A DNA stretch of 64,000 bases from Tetramitus jugosus. Lineage: Eukaryota; Protista; Heterolobosea. This document shows positions 33,132-44,452 of this stretch, one piece after another (positions within the stretch are counted from its first letter, which is position 1; the number at the start of each line of letters is the position of its first letter). Made by a program: the position numbers and the translations under genes. Where the stretch lies: contig OW569378.1 of the NCBI GenBank assembly GCA_937625935.1, positions 62,001-126,000 on the forward strand, written 5' to 3'. The notes under the pieces are model-generated. The model saw only the letters and a program-made list of their open reading frames with translations, did no database searches and was not told the origin of the DNA.

Positions 33132-35258
33132 ATGTCAGATATCATCGAAACAAATGATAAACCTAGTCAAGAACAAGTGCCAGTAGAACCCGATACCCAC
33201 GTTAATCAGCCTGAGCAGAGTGGAAGTCAAGAAGAGAAGCCAAGACCTGCGAAGGATGAGGTGAGTGGAGAAACAGATAAAACAGAAGAGAAGAAGTCAT
33301 CTCAACCAGAAAAAGATGTACCACAACACGAGAACCCTGAAAACAAGGCGAACGAAGAAAAGAAAGAGCTTGAACAAGAACAAAAGACTGAGGTGATAGA
33401 CGAGAAAGAGAAAGATCAGAAGGGAGAAAGCAAAATCCAAGAAGAGACCAAATCAGAACCAAAAGAGAATGATGGGTTAGATAGGAAAGAAGAAACGGAT
33501 CAGAAGACCAACGAAACAGCTGAAAACTCGAGTGAAGAAAGAAAACAGAAGCCAACCCTAACAACAGATGATGCTGAATCAACTCGTGTTGAACAAACTG
33601 AGAATCAAGATACTAAAAACCAAGTTCCTTCAACCGAAGAAACAGAAAATGTAACACTAATAGTGCAACTCAATGCTACTCAACCAGAGCAAAAGCAAAG
33701 GGACGAAGTCGCCGAGGCTAACCCATCAACTAATGATGAAAAAGAAACTCAGGCGAAAGAAAATGATGGAGAATCAAAGAAACAAGATGAGAAACTCTCT
33801 AACAAAGAAGAAATTGTTGAGCACTCGCCAGTTGAACAAGAAGAAGTAACACCTCAAAAAGACCAATCAAAGGTTAAAGAAGAGATTGAAATGGAAGCAG
33901 ATCTAGAAGAAACCTCCAAGAAAGCTATTGTGGATGAAGAAGAGAACCGTGAAGAAAAATATGACGGCGAAGAAGAGCAAGAACAATATGAAGTCGAAGA
34001 AGAAGGCGAGGAAGAATATGAAGGTGAAGAAGCAGAGAAAGAGCAAGAAGAAACAGAATACGAAGGTGAAGGAGATCAAGAAGAATATGAGGGTGAAGAA
34101 GAAGGTGAGAGTGAAGAATATCGGGAAGAAGTTAATGGCGGTGAAGTAGAGGAAGAAGCAGAAGGAGGTCAATATGAGGAAGAGTACGAACCAGAAGAAG
34201 AAGCTGAAGAGGGCGAAGAAGAAACGTACGAACCTGATAAAAAAGGTAACGAAGAATATGAAGAACAAGGTGAGAACGAAGAATACCAGGAAGAACAAGA
34301 GGAAGAACAATATTATGAAGAAAAAGAAGAAGAGGGAGATGAAAGTTACGAACAAGAGGAAGAGTTGGAAGAGGAGAATGACCAGGAAGAGACAACTCAA
34401 TACCTCAATGAGGAGGAAGAGTATGAATACGTGGAAGAGAGTGAGGAAAGCGAGGAAGAAGAGGAAGACTCTTCCACAAAGAAAGAAAAGAAGAAGAAAC
34501 ATAAAGATGATAAGAAGAAACAGAAAAAGTATTCTGAGCACAAAAAGAAAAAGGAAGGAAAGAAGGAAGAAGAAAAGAAAGAAGAAAAGAAGGAAGGAAA
34601 GAAGGAAAAGAAAGAAAAAGAAAAGAAGGACGAAAAGAAGAAAAAGAAAGAAAAGAAGAATGACGAAGAAGTTAATGAAGTTTATGAAGAGAAAGATCAG
34701 AAAGAAAAGAAATATGTCGATGATAAAGAGAAAGAAGACAAAAAGACCCCAGAAATACCAGCAGAAAGAAATGAAGAACTTCTTGATGGTCCAAAAGAAA
34801 ATGATGTAACAGAACATAGTTGGTATACAACTTATGTCTCAGCATGCAAAGATCATGGTAAACAAAAACCTAACTCTCTTTTCATTCAACATTTGAAGAA
34901 GAACCCTGAAGGAGTAGTGTCGAATGGTACGTTTAATGCCACCGCCTACTATGTTGGCAATGTTGGAGTTAACCCAATGATGGATGTCGTCATGATGATG
35001 GATATTCATACAGTTATACTGAAACAAAATGGTCTCCGAAACGAAGGAGTGAAGTATATCTGTGAAAAGCTCAAGTCCCACACTTCAATAACATCACTGG
35101 ACCTCTCTGGAAACAGCATCTCCCTCGCGGCTGGAGTGTCACTGGTTGATCTTGCTAAATCCAACAGAAAGATCAAACAAATCAATGTTTCAAAGACCTA
35201 CATTGACGAAGATTTCATTGCTAAAATAGAGAAAGTGCTGGAGAAGAACAGGGAATAA
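33132..35258 (+). CDS. Glu-rich/Lys-rich disordered protein with C-terminal RNI-like LRR domain
   Basis: Acidic block about 33931-34469, basic block about 34478-34659, C-terminal Y..AC....KPNS, ILKQNGL.NEGV, ITSLDLSGNSI. Confidence 0.75.
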   Translation: MSDIIETNDKPSQEQVPVEPDTHVNQPEQSGSQEEKPRPAKDEVSGETDKTEEKKSSQPEKDVPQHENPENKANEEKKELEQEQKTEVIDEKEKDQKGESKIQEETKSEPKENDGLDRKEETDQKTNETAENSSEERKQKPTLTTDDAESTRVEQTENQDTKNQVPSTEETENVTLIVQLNATQPEQKQRDEVAEANPSTNDEKETQAKENDGESKKQDEKLSNKEEIVEHSPVEQEEVTPQKDQSKVKEEIEMEADLEETSKKAIVDEEENREEKYDGEEEQEQYEVEEEGEEEYEGEEAEKEQEETEYEGEGDQEEYEGEEEGESEEYREEVNGGEVEEEAEGGQYEEEYEPEEEAEEGEEETYEPDKKGNEEYEEQGENEEYQEEQEEEQYYEEKEEEGDESYEQEEELEEENDQEETTQYLNEEEEYEYVEESEESEEEEEDSSTKKEKKKKHKDDKKKQKKYSEHKKKKEGKKEEEKKEEKKEGKKEKKEKEKKDEKKKKKEKKNDEEVNEVYEEKDQKEKKYVDDKEKEDKKTPEIPAERNEELLDGPKENDVTEHSWYTTYVSACKDHGKQKPNSLFIQHLKKNPEGVVSNGTFNATAYYVGNVGVNPMMDVVMMMDIHTVILKQNGLRNEGVKYICEKLKSHTSITSLDLSGNSISLAAGVSLVDLAKSNRKIKQINVSKTYIDEDFIAKIEKVLEKNRE

Positions 35259-35260
35259 AT

Positions 35261-37225
35261 TTATTCTTTCATAGCGCGCACACTCAATATCCAAGCATAA
35301 GATACGCCAATGGCTGTATAGAAAGATATTAACATCAATGGAAGGAAGGACAAGTGTGGCAGGACACTGTAATGCAAAAATTCTGAATAGCACTCGACAA
35401 AAATAATACCAAACAGATAGAGCTTCTCTATTCCATGGAATTGCTTCGTATTTGTTCCAAGAATGAAATTAGTAGCAAAGTAATATGCACATGAGTATGA
35501 CAACAGCATCGCGTACTTGATAGGGGTTTCTGAACAAATTGTGGGTTAGTTTGCTTCGGTTAATACAAGAGAAAATGTTATTCAATCATACCGAATGATC
35601 GGAAAAGAAGTGGAAACAATGAATAAGTCCCAACGATGCTAAGGAATCCAAACACCTTTCTCCATTGTGCATTTTCCTTGTCTCCCTTTCGTGGCACAAT
35701 CATCAATACCAGAGGCACTAGAATCATCAATACTGCCTTCTCATGAACATGCCACCCAAAGTAGAAGTTCGCAAAAGTTGAATGAACAACACAATACAGT
35801 AAGGTACGCTTCAACTCCTCATATCTATCCCGACCTGAGAGTCCTACCAAGTTCTTCCTCGCTCGGTACACAATTATACAACTAATAATGAATGAACTGC
35901 CCATTGATAGTAAAATGGTCACACCAGGTGTAATTTTTGGCAATATTACATGAACTCCTTGATCTAAACCGACCAAGCCACCCGTGAGTGATGCCCCAGT
36001 ATCGATCCTCGAGCTCTTGTTCATGAACTTTGTCCATATCAGAGCAAATTTGTCAATCGTATTGTAAAGAGCCCAAAAGTTCGGTGCCCAATAAGCATGA
36101 GTTAATCCTCTCTCGAATGGAAACATTCTGGACACAATTTGTTTGATCTGGTCTAATCCTCCCACCAAAATAAAGGGGCCAAAGCTCAATAGAAACACAC
36201 CAATGACTGAAACGCTCAACTTCAAGAACCTAAAGATATTAAAGGATCCTATTGTTGAATTATCTTGCTGCTTCGGCAGTGGAGTATTGGATGATTTGGA
36301 TGTTTGCAATTTGTTTTGAGGCACATTCTTTTCATTGCAGCAGTAGTGCACAAGCAAAAATACAAAGTATGATGGAGCCATATACAGGAAAATGTGCTTA
36401 AAGTTCAATAGAACAGCAAACGTGATACCGGACAACAGCAACTTTCCTTCTTGAACAAAACAAATCGAGTATACAAATATTCCAAACAATAAGGCATTGT
36501 ACTGGAAATGAATATCTATCATTACGATAACAAATCAATTGTTTTTCATCATCGTTAACATATTCTTCTGGTCTATTACACAAAACCTGAGACAATGTAA
36601 GTTCTCAACAAAATACATACTATCAACCATGATCAAAGAGGGCATCCCATACGACAATGCAATCACTGTCCAATACTTGACAGAAGATGATACATTTCCA
36701 CTCGTTTCTTTCTCATCTCTTTTCTTATTAGTCGCACTCGAATCAACCAACAAGAAGGCAAAGTATCTCAGCAGAGACATATAATACAACAAGTCAGACA
36801 CAAGTATAACAGTCAACCTTTGGAATACAATGGTAAGAAATGAAGAGTAACCAACACTCTCCAATTGACACATTTTCGTATCAAACAGCTTTGAATGAGA
36901 ACAACCAATAAGGCTCAATGCATATTCAAACCATGCAAAAAAGGGAGGATAATCCAGTGTAGCATTCGCAGATGTAGAATCAAAGTACCACTTGGAAATG
37001 GGCAATGAATGAGTGATCGCCAACCAATTCCTATGCACTTCAAAATCAGTGGAGAAGCTTTGATGGACAGATCAGTGAACAAAAAGCAAAAGATCCAAAA
37101 CAAGGAATGAGCCATCCCATATCATGAGTACCAAAAAATGAGTGAATGACATTGACATACTAGCTAGGAATCAACAAGAGCTTCAATGCAGCAAACAACA
37201 AAAACACATTGAACTTTTGCAGCAT
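35261..37225 (-). CDS. ALG8: Dol-P-Glc alpha-1,3-glucosyltransferase; introns 37058-37160, 36516-36620, 35530-35591
   Basis: KLLLIPSY|[32 protein letters not shown]|[47 protein letters not shown]..|ETPIK. All three introns restore the frame. Confidence 0.96.
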
Positions 37226-37240
37226 GACGATTGCTTTTGA

Positions 37241-37254
37241 TTTTCGCGCCAAAA
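37241..37254. promoter_or_regulatory. Two-sided E2F-like site in the ALG8/MED10 divergent promoter
   Basis: TTTTCGCGCCAAAA matches TTTSSCGC on both strands. Similar motifs occur in most 5' intergenic gaps. Confidence 0.55.
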
Positions 37255-37356
37255 AACATGGATCGAACAAAACAACCAAAATAAAAATCACAATTTGCTG
37301 AAGCTGCTGACATTCACACATTGCACAGATCAAACAACAACAACAAAACAACCACC

Positions 37357-37914
37357 ATGAATAACAATCCAACAACAACGAATAGCTCTGGTTCGCTCAA
37401 CCTCGTCGAACAACACGTACTCTCCACCATTGATCTCCTGCAACAAATGAAAACAACTGTCCAAAAATACTCTCATCAGAGTGAAGCTCACTGGCAAAAC
37501 AGTGTCTCTCGTCTCATGGAAGAATTTAGAATATTGCACAATGAAACACTACCCAGTCAACATACTCCTATTAATGAAGATGATCATAACATTCATCAAT
37601 TGTACTTGCCTGATGAACTCGTGGGTAAGATTGATCAGGGAACGAGTCCCGATTCATTCTTGGACGATGTGAAATTGGAGGCCAAGAAACAGTCAGAGTT
37701 GGCTCTTGGAAAAAACACTGTTTTTAAGACGTTGAGAGATGTGATTGAAAGAGAGGCGTCGAGTGCCTTTCCAGAAGAATTTCAAGAGTATAGTACGAGT
37801 TTGACATCCATGGTGGATGAACCGGAGAGTCGACTGCAGCAGTTGAAGGAGTTGCAACAAAAGATTCATTCTTCTTCTGCAATGGGTCAAGTGAAAGAGG
37901 AACAGAATGAATAA
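37357..37914 (+). CDS. MED10: Mediator subunit 10
   Basis: LPDELVGKIDQGTSPD resembles the Med10 (I)P.E....ID.G.NP motif, followed by GK...FK..R..I......FPE. Size is appropriate. Confidence 0.72.
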   Translation: MNNNPTTTNSSGSLNLVEQHVLSTIDLLQQMKTTVQKYSHQSEAHWQNSVSRLMEEFRILHNETLPSQHTPINEDDHNIHQLYLPDELVGKIDQGTSPDSFLDDVKLEAKKQSELALGKNTVFKTLRDVIEREASSAFPEEFQEYSTSLTSMVDEPESRLQQLKELQQKIHSSSAMGQVKEEQNE

Positions 37915-38215
37915 GATTGCGTATATCGTTTCATTGATAATGTTATTATCGAGAGCTCGTGGATCAATTGATCAACCATTGATTGACAAAGATAGAGAAC
38001 TCGTGTGTTTATGTTATTGCCTATTTTCGCTTTCCAAATAGCAGGACATGACTACACAACGCGGCATGGAGAAGATAGTGAGCGAGACTGGACGAGATGA
38101 CAACCAATTCGACCACTTGCTTGAAATGTCACTCCCGACACATTCATAAGCATAGAGATGAATGTGCGGAACAAATACAATACACAGAATTCAGAATAAC
38201 AAATTTTTTCCAGGT

Positions 38216-39885
38216 TTACTTCTTTCCAGTCTTCAAAGCTTCTTCCTTCTTTGTGCGGATGGTTTGGAGCATGGAATCAACAGTTGATTGCCACTTGCCA
38301 ATCTTTTCAGCCAATCCCTTCCACTCTTGAGTCGAGAATTGTCTGTGCATTGTCTTCAAAACAGTCACAGTTCTGGTCAATTGGTTCAACCTAGCATCAA
38401 TGACGCCTTGTCCAATAGCATCAATAACGAAAGATTCTACTTGATCCTCACTAATATTCAAATCAGCTGCCAAAGAAGCATAGCTGATGGCTTGTGTAGC
38501 CTTGGAACACAGGGAAGCAATAGTCAACAATCTCATCTTGGCAAGCAAGTCCTCTTGAGACAAGCCGTGCTTTGTTATCAAGTCCTTATTGTCAGCAGCG
38601 AATTTTTCAAAGTCGGAGACTGATCCTTGCAAGAAAATGGTAAACAATTCGTACAATTTGGCATCCTTGGTGGCCAATTGCTTGACTGGCTCAACCTTTG
38701 ACAATTCAGTGAACTTAAAGTCAAGTTTGATGGATTCAACAACAGCCTTTGTGACATAGGAGATGGCAGTTGCATCAACGTCCTTTGCTGTAAATGTAGC
38801 AAGGTATTTGGTCAAAATGGCGAATGCTTCTTCTCTGTAAAGAGTGACAACAAGAACAACAAGAGCAAGTGATCATGGTTGTTACACAAAAAAACAATCA
38901 AGAATAAAAATTTGCGAGTGAGCAATGTTATTCAATCACACAATCTCATCATTCATAATAGTCATAATATTATGATAAAAAAATTCATAAACGTCCAACA
39001 ATCAATTTAAAAAAAATCAATCTTAAAATTTTCATACCTTTGTTCGCTCAAAATATCATAAAACACTAGATAGACACTTCTCTTGTCAGTCACAGATGCA
39101 TTCCACTCGTTCAACATATCTTCAATGTTGGCAGCGTATTTTAACACGTGGTCTGTTTGCTTGGTAGCTTGTGCGTATTGTAGAGCTTGAACAAATATCT
39201 TAAAGTGTTGAGCATTGGTGTGAGGCAGTGAGTTCAACAAGTGAACAATTCTATGATTTGATGTTTGTTGAACAACGTCGTAATCGTATTGTTCATCATT
39301 GGTAGTAGTAGTATCATACGAAATATCATGTCGTTGTTGAAGTAGTAGTAGTAGTAGTATTATGATGATTGGTCCAATTTGATCATCACACAAAATAAGA
39401 GAGTATCATTCGATCGAACAATAGGAGAGAGAGAAAAAAAAAGACAGATGAGTCAATATCGAATATTCCCATTCATCATTTTGTGTGATTGTGGTTGCTT
39501 TTTTTTTCACACACACATATCATCATCAACACATGGTGTCAAAAACACGAGATCAAAAAACATACAATTTCAATCTCAAAGCAATCTTGCTAGATGTTGA
39601 GCTTGTGATAATCTTTGCCAATTGCTGTATTTTGTCGTCATTCTTCTTCACTTTGAGCAACACATCAATCAATACCAACATAAAAACTTCGATCTCAGAG
39701 TCTGATGATCCACTATCAATTAATTTAGCAGCAGCAGAGGACAAAGCAGCGTATAATTGCTCGTCGTCTTCATTTTGAGCAAATTCTTCACATTTGCTAA
39801 TCAAAGAATTGTCTCCTGTGATTTCTGCAGCAAGCTTTGCAACTTCGACGATTGCTTCATTGTTCAAATTCAAAAAAGAGGCCAT
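38216..39885 (-). CDS. EIF3M: Translation initiation factor 3 subunit M (PCI domain); introns 39251-39565, 38835-39037
   Basis: KYLATF, L..VEPVKQL, ELF.IF..G....F..F, KMRLLT.ASL, VE.FVIDAI, RLNQ, HR.F...EW..L. Confidence 0.88.
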
Positions 39886-40052
39886 TGTTTGTTCGGTGTG
39901 TGTGTTTGTGTGTAAGATGGAACGGAAATCAAGGGAAGGATGAAGGGTGCTGATGTCGGTGTGTGTTTGTGTGTAATTTCTTGTCGCCAAATTGGTCAAC
40001 TGGAAATTGAACTTTGCATCGACTCATTGAACAACGAGCACAATTTCAGTAT

Positions 40053-40209
40053 TTACATATCTACCACCGGTGTAAGGAGGTTATCTTGAACGACCAGACT
40101 TGGAACCATCATCGTTCAGCCTCTAGGTTGGCATACACTCTCGGAGCGGACTTTTCAATTCAATGGAACGATTGAACCTTCATCCTTGTAAGTTTGGTTA
40201 CAAAGGGAT
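40053..40209. ncRNA. Candidate structured non-coding RNA (unassigned)
   Basis: Four to five consecutive hairpins in the EIF3M/PSMB2 gap; no family signature recognised. Confidence 0.3.
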
Positions 40210-40334
40210 TAAATCCAAAAATAAATCACTGATCAAAAACAAAGCACATCCTTGATTAGAGCATTTCAGGTCATCCACAACAAACGAACACAACGACGTG
40301 CCACCTGTTTATATATACTTACACACGATAGAAA

Positions 40335-40973
40335 ATGTCTGATTGCATTATTGGAATTGTTGGAAAAGATTATGTTTTGATTGCTGCTGACGCAACTGCC
40401 GCCTTCAGTATTATTTTGATGAAGGACAGCGAAGATAAAATCTTAAAGGTCGACAACAACAAACTTTTGGGTGCATGTGGTGAAAATGGAGACAGAGTCC
40501 AATTCACAGAATACATTCAAAAAAATTTGAACTTGTACAGACTAAGAAACGATAGACCTTTGAGCACACATGCGGCTGCTCACTTTTTGAGACATGAATT
40601 AGCGACTGCACTTCGTTCGAGAAACTCCTATCAAACAAATCTATTGTTGGGCGGTTATGAAGAGAAGAGTGGTCCGGAATTGTACTTTATTGATTACTTG
40701 TCAAGTATGCAAAAAGTTCCATATGGTGCTCACGGATACGGTTCCTATTTCTCATTGAGTATAATTGACAAGTACTATAAGAAGGATCTGAGTGTAAATG
40801 AGGGATTAGGTTTGATGAAGAAATGTATCAACGAAGTCCAAACTAGACTGCTGCTCAATACACCTCAATTCATTGTGAAGATTGTAGACAAGAATGGTGC
40901 CAGAGAAATTGCATTGGATAACGCTGTTGATTTGGACAGAGTGCAACGAACTGCAGATGCCATGGAAGAATAA
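40335..40973 (+). CDS. PSMB2: 20S proteasome subunit beta type-2 (beta4/Pre1)
   Basis: IGIVGKDYVLIAAD, EDKI, GENGDRVQFTEYIQKN..LY, YQTNLLLGG, IDYL, AHGYG. Confidence 0.96.
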   Translation: MSDCIIGIVGKDYVLIAADATAAFSIILMKDSEDKILKVDNNKLLGACGENGDRVQFTEYIQKNLNLYRLRNDRPLSTHAAAHFLRHELATALRSRNSYQTNLLLGGYEEKSGPELYFIDYLSSMQKVPYGAHGYGSYFSLSIIDKYYKKDLSVNEGLGLMKKCINEVQTRLLLNTPQFIVKIVDKNGAREIALDNAVDLDRVQRTADAMEE

Positions 40974-41216
40974 GCACTTTATTATTTAAATGCTAACAAC
41001 CAAATCAATGTACACACCATTATACGCTCTCAACCTCATATAAAACTATTCGCTCTTTTTTCAGATCTTGTTTTAGCGCTGTGGTTGTATTCATTTTTCT
41101 CCGCCCAAGCTTCGGAAAAACTTGCATTTGTTTCTAGGATTTGATTTCATCTGGTGAGTTGAATACTTGCGTCAGAATCAAGTAACAACAACGTTATTCG
41201 TACGAACTCATCGACA

Positions 41217-41546
41217 ATGTCAGCAACAACGACGACAACAACACAAGAGAACAACAATCAAGAAAAAACGATATCAATTGATTTGCAAGAAGAATGTCCA
41301 AAGCTCAAGGAAGCATATAACACATGTTTTCAAAAGTGGTACACGGACGAGTTTTTGGCTGGAAAAGCAACGGACAATGTTTGCTTTGCCGAATGGGATC
41401 TGTACAAGTCGTGCATGATCGTGTCAGTGACCGAAAAGGGACTCGAAGTTTTGTTGGACAAGGATTTCAAGAAGGAAGCACAAGAAGAGGAATGGGGCAT
41501 CAAGGACATCCGAACCAAGAGGAGAGATGATGCTCCACAATCCTAA
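41217..41546 (+). CDS. MDM35: Mdm35/TRIAP1 mitochondrial intermembrane-space twin CX9C protein
   Basis: ECPKLKEAYNTCFQKWYTDEFLAG...CFAEWDLYKSC. Confidence 0.9.
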   Translation: MSATTTTTTQENNNQEKTISIDLQEECPKLKEAYNTCFQKWYTDEFLAGKATDNVCFAEWDLYKSCMIVSVTEKGLEVLLDKDFKKEAQEEEWGIKDIRTKRRDDAPQS

Positions 41547-41996
41547 TCTCATTTCCAATAAAAGAGTGTTAAACAAAAATGCTCCGGAGTAATGGTAACC
41601 GTAGACAGATGGGCGATGGATGACAAGTTCAACGTAGTCAACCAACAAAAAGTCGACGTCGGGACACCAAAAAATGAAAGTCCGGCTGTCAGTCATGTCG
41701 TGAAATGATTCGGTGACAAAAGGTTGAGTCCAAACAAGGAGGACGACCAACAAAAAAGCTTTCAACGAACAACAGACTCCAGAAGAATTCTCTTATCGAA
41801 CAAACTTTGTCAGAAAAAAACCATCACCAACGTACATAGTAAAAAAACTGTTTTGATAAATTGAAAAGCAGTCGATACGCAGCTCATCCAACAGCACACA
41901 CGTTTTTCACATTATCCAACAACAACAACAAATAATATATAGTAGTTAAATTATAATCAAAAGAACAGCAACCAACAACCAGTAAATTTTTGAAGA

Positions 41997-44011
41997 ATGT
42001 CGTGCCTCATCAACAGAACACCAGTCATAGAAGAGTGTGGTAGATACAAGTTGTCTCCTCCAGTTCGGCAGGCACTGTTATCTGTGAAATTGATTGTTGT
42101 GTGCTCTACTCGTATCTCTCACAAGCTATCAAATCTGTATGTAGTCCCTTACAACCACTATCATCACAACAACCACTACAAAAAAAAGCTTCATCTTCTT
42201 CTGTACAAGTACTTGTACTAATGCTATCAATATTGATTCGTTTGTCATCCTGTGCTATACAAAAAAAAAACCGAAAAAAAAAATCGAAATTCGACATGTA
42301 ACAAAATAGATTTGTGTTATTGTGCGACAATGGCCTCTTCTTTTATGAAGCAAGCAATCCAGAGGCCCAAGACAAAATAAAATCAATCATCCGTGTCGAC
42401 GAGCCACAATGGGAAGTGACATCGGCACTCGATCACAACAAGAAAAAATTTGTGTTGCACATTGAGACCATGAAGAGCAAGTGTGAGATTCATTTTAGAG
42501 AGTTCTCCGAGTTGGACATTTGGAGCAAGTCCATCTCTGCTGCTCACACACGATTCCTCTCCAACAATGCTCAACACGGCAATCCAAACAGCGCTCAAAA
42601 CAACTCGGATCAACAACAGACACAACAAACAGATTCTGTCAATGGTAGTGGTAGTGCTGTTAATATTGACAGTAGTGTAGTGTCATCATCATCATCATCC
42701 ACCAACATTATGAGTTCCACTCGAGTCACCATCCTATCCGTCACCATTCCATGTCAATCTGAACTGCCACATGACACTGATACAACAAAGGTCGAAGAGC
42801 TTGAATTCTGCATCAAGCTCATCATGGGTCACACTGTGCATCAGAGCAGCATCATCTCTGATGTGTCCATGGACAAGAGCAAGGTCAAATCGAACAAGAA
42901 GACCATGGTGTTCCATTTGGCTCAAAACGAGAAGGACAATCACTTTTCATTCACGTTCCAAAAGGCTACGACACCCAACGTACTCAACATTATTCTCTAC
43001 CAAAAGAAGAAAAAGTCGGAAAAGTGGAATGTGAGAGGTGTGTTGAACTTGGATATCGATTGTGCGAGAGCGAGTGGAGACATCAAGGACGCGTTCACAC
43101 CTCGACCCAGTTCCATCTTTGATCCATCGGAAAAATCGTTGAACATGTCCGTGGTCATTCGATCGAGATATGACTCTGAGAGTTTGGATCGAGTGACGTT
43201 TGGTGCTCCGTTGAGTTCAGTCATGAACCGAGCGGACTCCAATGGTCAGAAAATGGTTGTTCCCGATGTCATGTACCAATGCTTGGCCTATCTGTGGAAG
43301 CACAGTCTCAAGACTCAGGGTATTTTCAGAGTGAGTGGCAACAAGAATCGAATGAAGGGCTACGTGTCCGAATTGGATCAATCTCTCTCGGGCACTCTGC
43401 CACTCAAAAAGTTTGAGGACGAGAATACGGTTGCTGGTATCATGAAACTGTATTTGAGAGAGTTGCCAGAGCCATTAATCTCGTATGAAAAGTATGAAGA
43501 AATGTTGATTGCCGGTGGTGCCTCACAGGACATTCTCGCACCAAAGGACAAGTCAAATCCAATGAACGCACTGAACGCCATCAAGCAATTCGCTAGCTCT
43601 GCTGCCACAAAGGACATGGAGCAACCACCGTTGGACGACACGTTAGAAAAGCTGAGAAAATTGACGAGAGAACTTCCAGAGGCTCACTATCTTCTTCTCA
43701 AGTACACTTGTCATCTGTTGCACTGCATTACTCATCACTCGGATATCAATTTCATGAAGCCAACCAATCTTGCCATTGTGTTCGGACCAGTGTTTGCTTC
43801 ACCAAGCCCCGACCTGGATATATCAAAGCAAGAGATGCTTACTGGACACTTGCCATACTTGAGCAGGAGTACGGAAATTATGATAGTGAACTGGGCACAG
43901 GTATTCCCTAATTCTAATGGAATGGTAGAACTGCTAGAATGTAACAATAATCTCGATCTCTTCCAGAAGCAGCAAGCACAAAAACAAACGAACTCCCTTG
44001 TAAATGAATAA
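41997..44011 (+). CDS. PH domain + C2-like + RhoGAP protein; probable intron 42137-42309
   Basis: Spliced PH strands PVRQALLSVK..NL|FVLLCDNGLFFYE...W..SI. RhoGAP motifs TFGAPL, GIFRVSG (Arg finger), KLYLRELPEPL, N.M...NLAIVFGP. Confidence 0.88.
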
Positions 44012-44071
44012 TAATAAGAATAACAAAACAACAAAATCTTCAAGAACAAGCAACTAAACTTTTTATTATTC

Positions 44072-44452
44072 TTATCTGCTTATTTTTTTAGGAGGATGTC
44101 GACATCGCAGAGAGTTGGCTCTCCTTGCTCGATATCTTTGTGTAGCCTCAACTACGAGGGCTCTTCTCTCTTGAGTTGCTCTCTCAAACTCTTGAATCCT
44201 CTTCGCAAACTCTTGGATCTTGGCGTCTTGAGACTTGAAACTTTGGAAAATACGTTCGATCAGCTCATTCACATCCATATCGAGGGTAAACGAATTATTT
44301 GTCCTCTTGGTTACCTTGGGAGAAGGTTCATGAGGGTTCATATCAACAAGAGAAGAGAATTTTCGCTTGTTGGTACCAATCCGATCCTCTCCATCGTCGG
44401 CCGTCGAACTCTCACTCTGGCAGGAATGTGGCTTGTTTCGATTTTCTTCCAT
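44072..44452 (-). CDS. Small hypothetical protein with NLS-like motif and coiled coil
   Basis: 126 aa from ATG 44452, containing KRK..SPKV.KR followed by an amphipathic helix. Confidence 0.55.
   Translation of the reverse strand: MEENRNKPHSCQSESSTADDGEDRIGTNKRKFSSLVDMNPHEPSPKVTKRTNNSFTLDMDVNELIERIFQSFKSQDAKIQEFAKRIQEFERATQERRALVVEATQRYRARRANSLRCRHPPKKISR

Noticed and set aside
33903-34817. 304-aa Phe/Leu-rich antisense ORF and 211-aa Lys/Arg-rich alternate-frame ORF
   Set aside because: Shadow frames of the GAA/AAG low-complexity coding region.
40000-40230. Assignment of the hairpin island to SRP, U4 or RNase P/MRP
   Set aside because: Only isolated words match (TGTAA, CTTTGC, GAAGGTTC, GAAAAGTCC). 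The required partner motifs (SRP helix 8, U4 stem I, CR-V) are absent.
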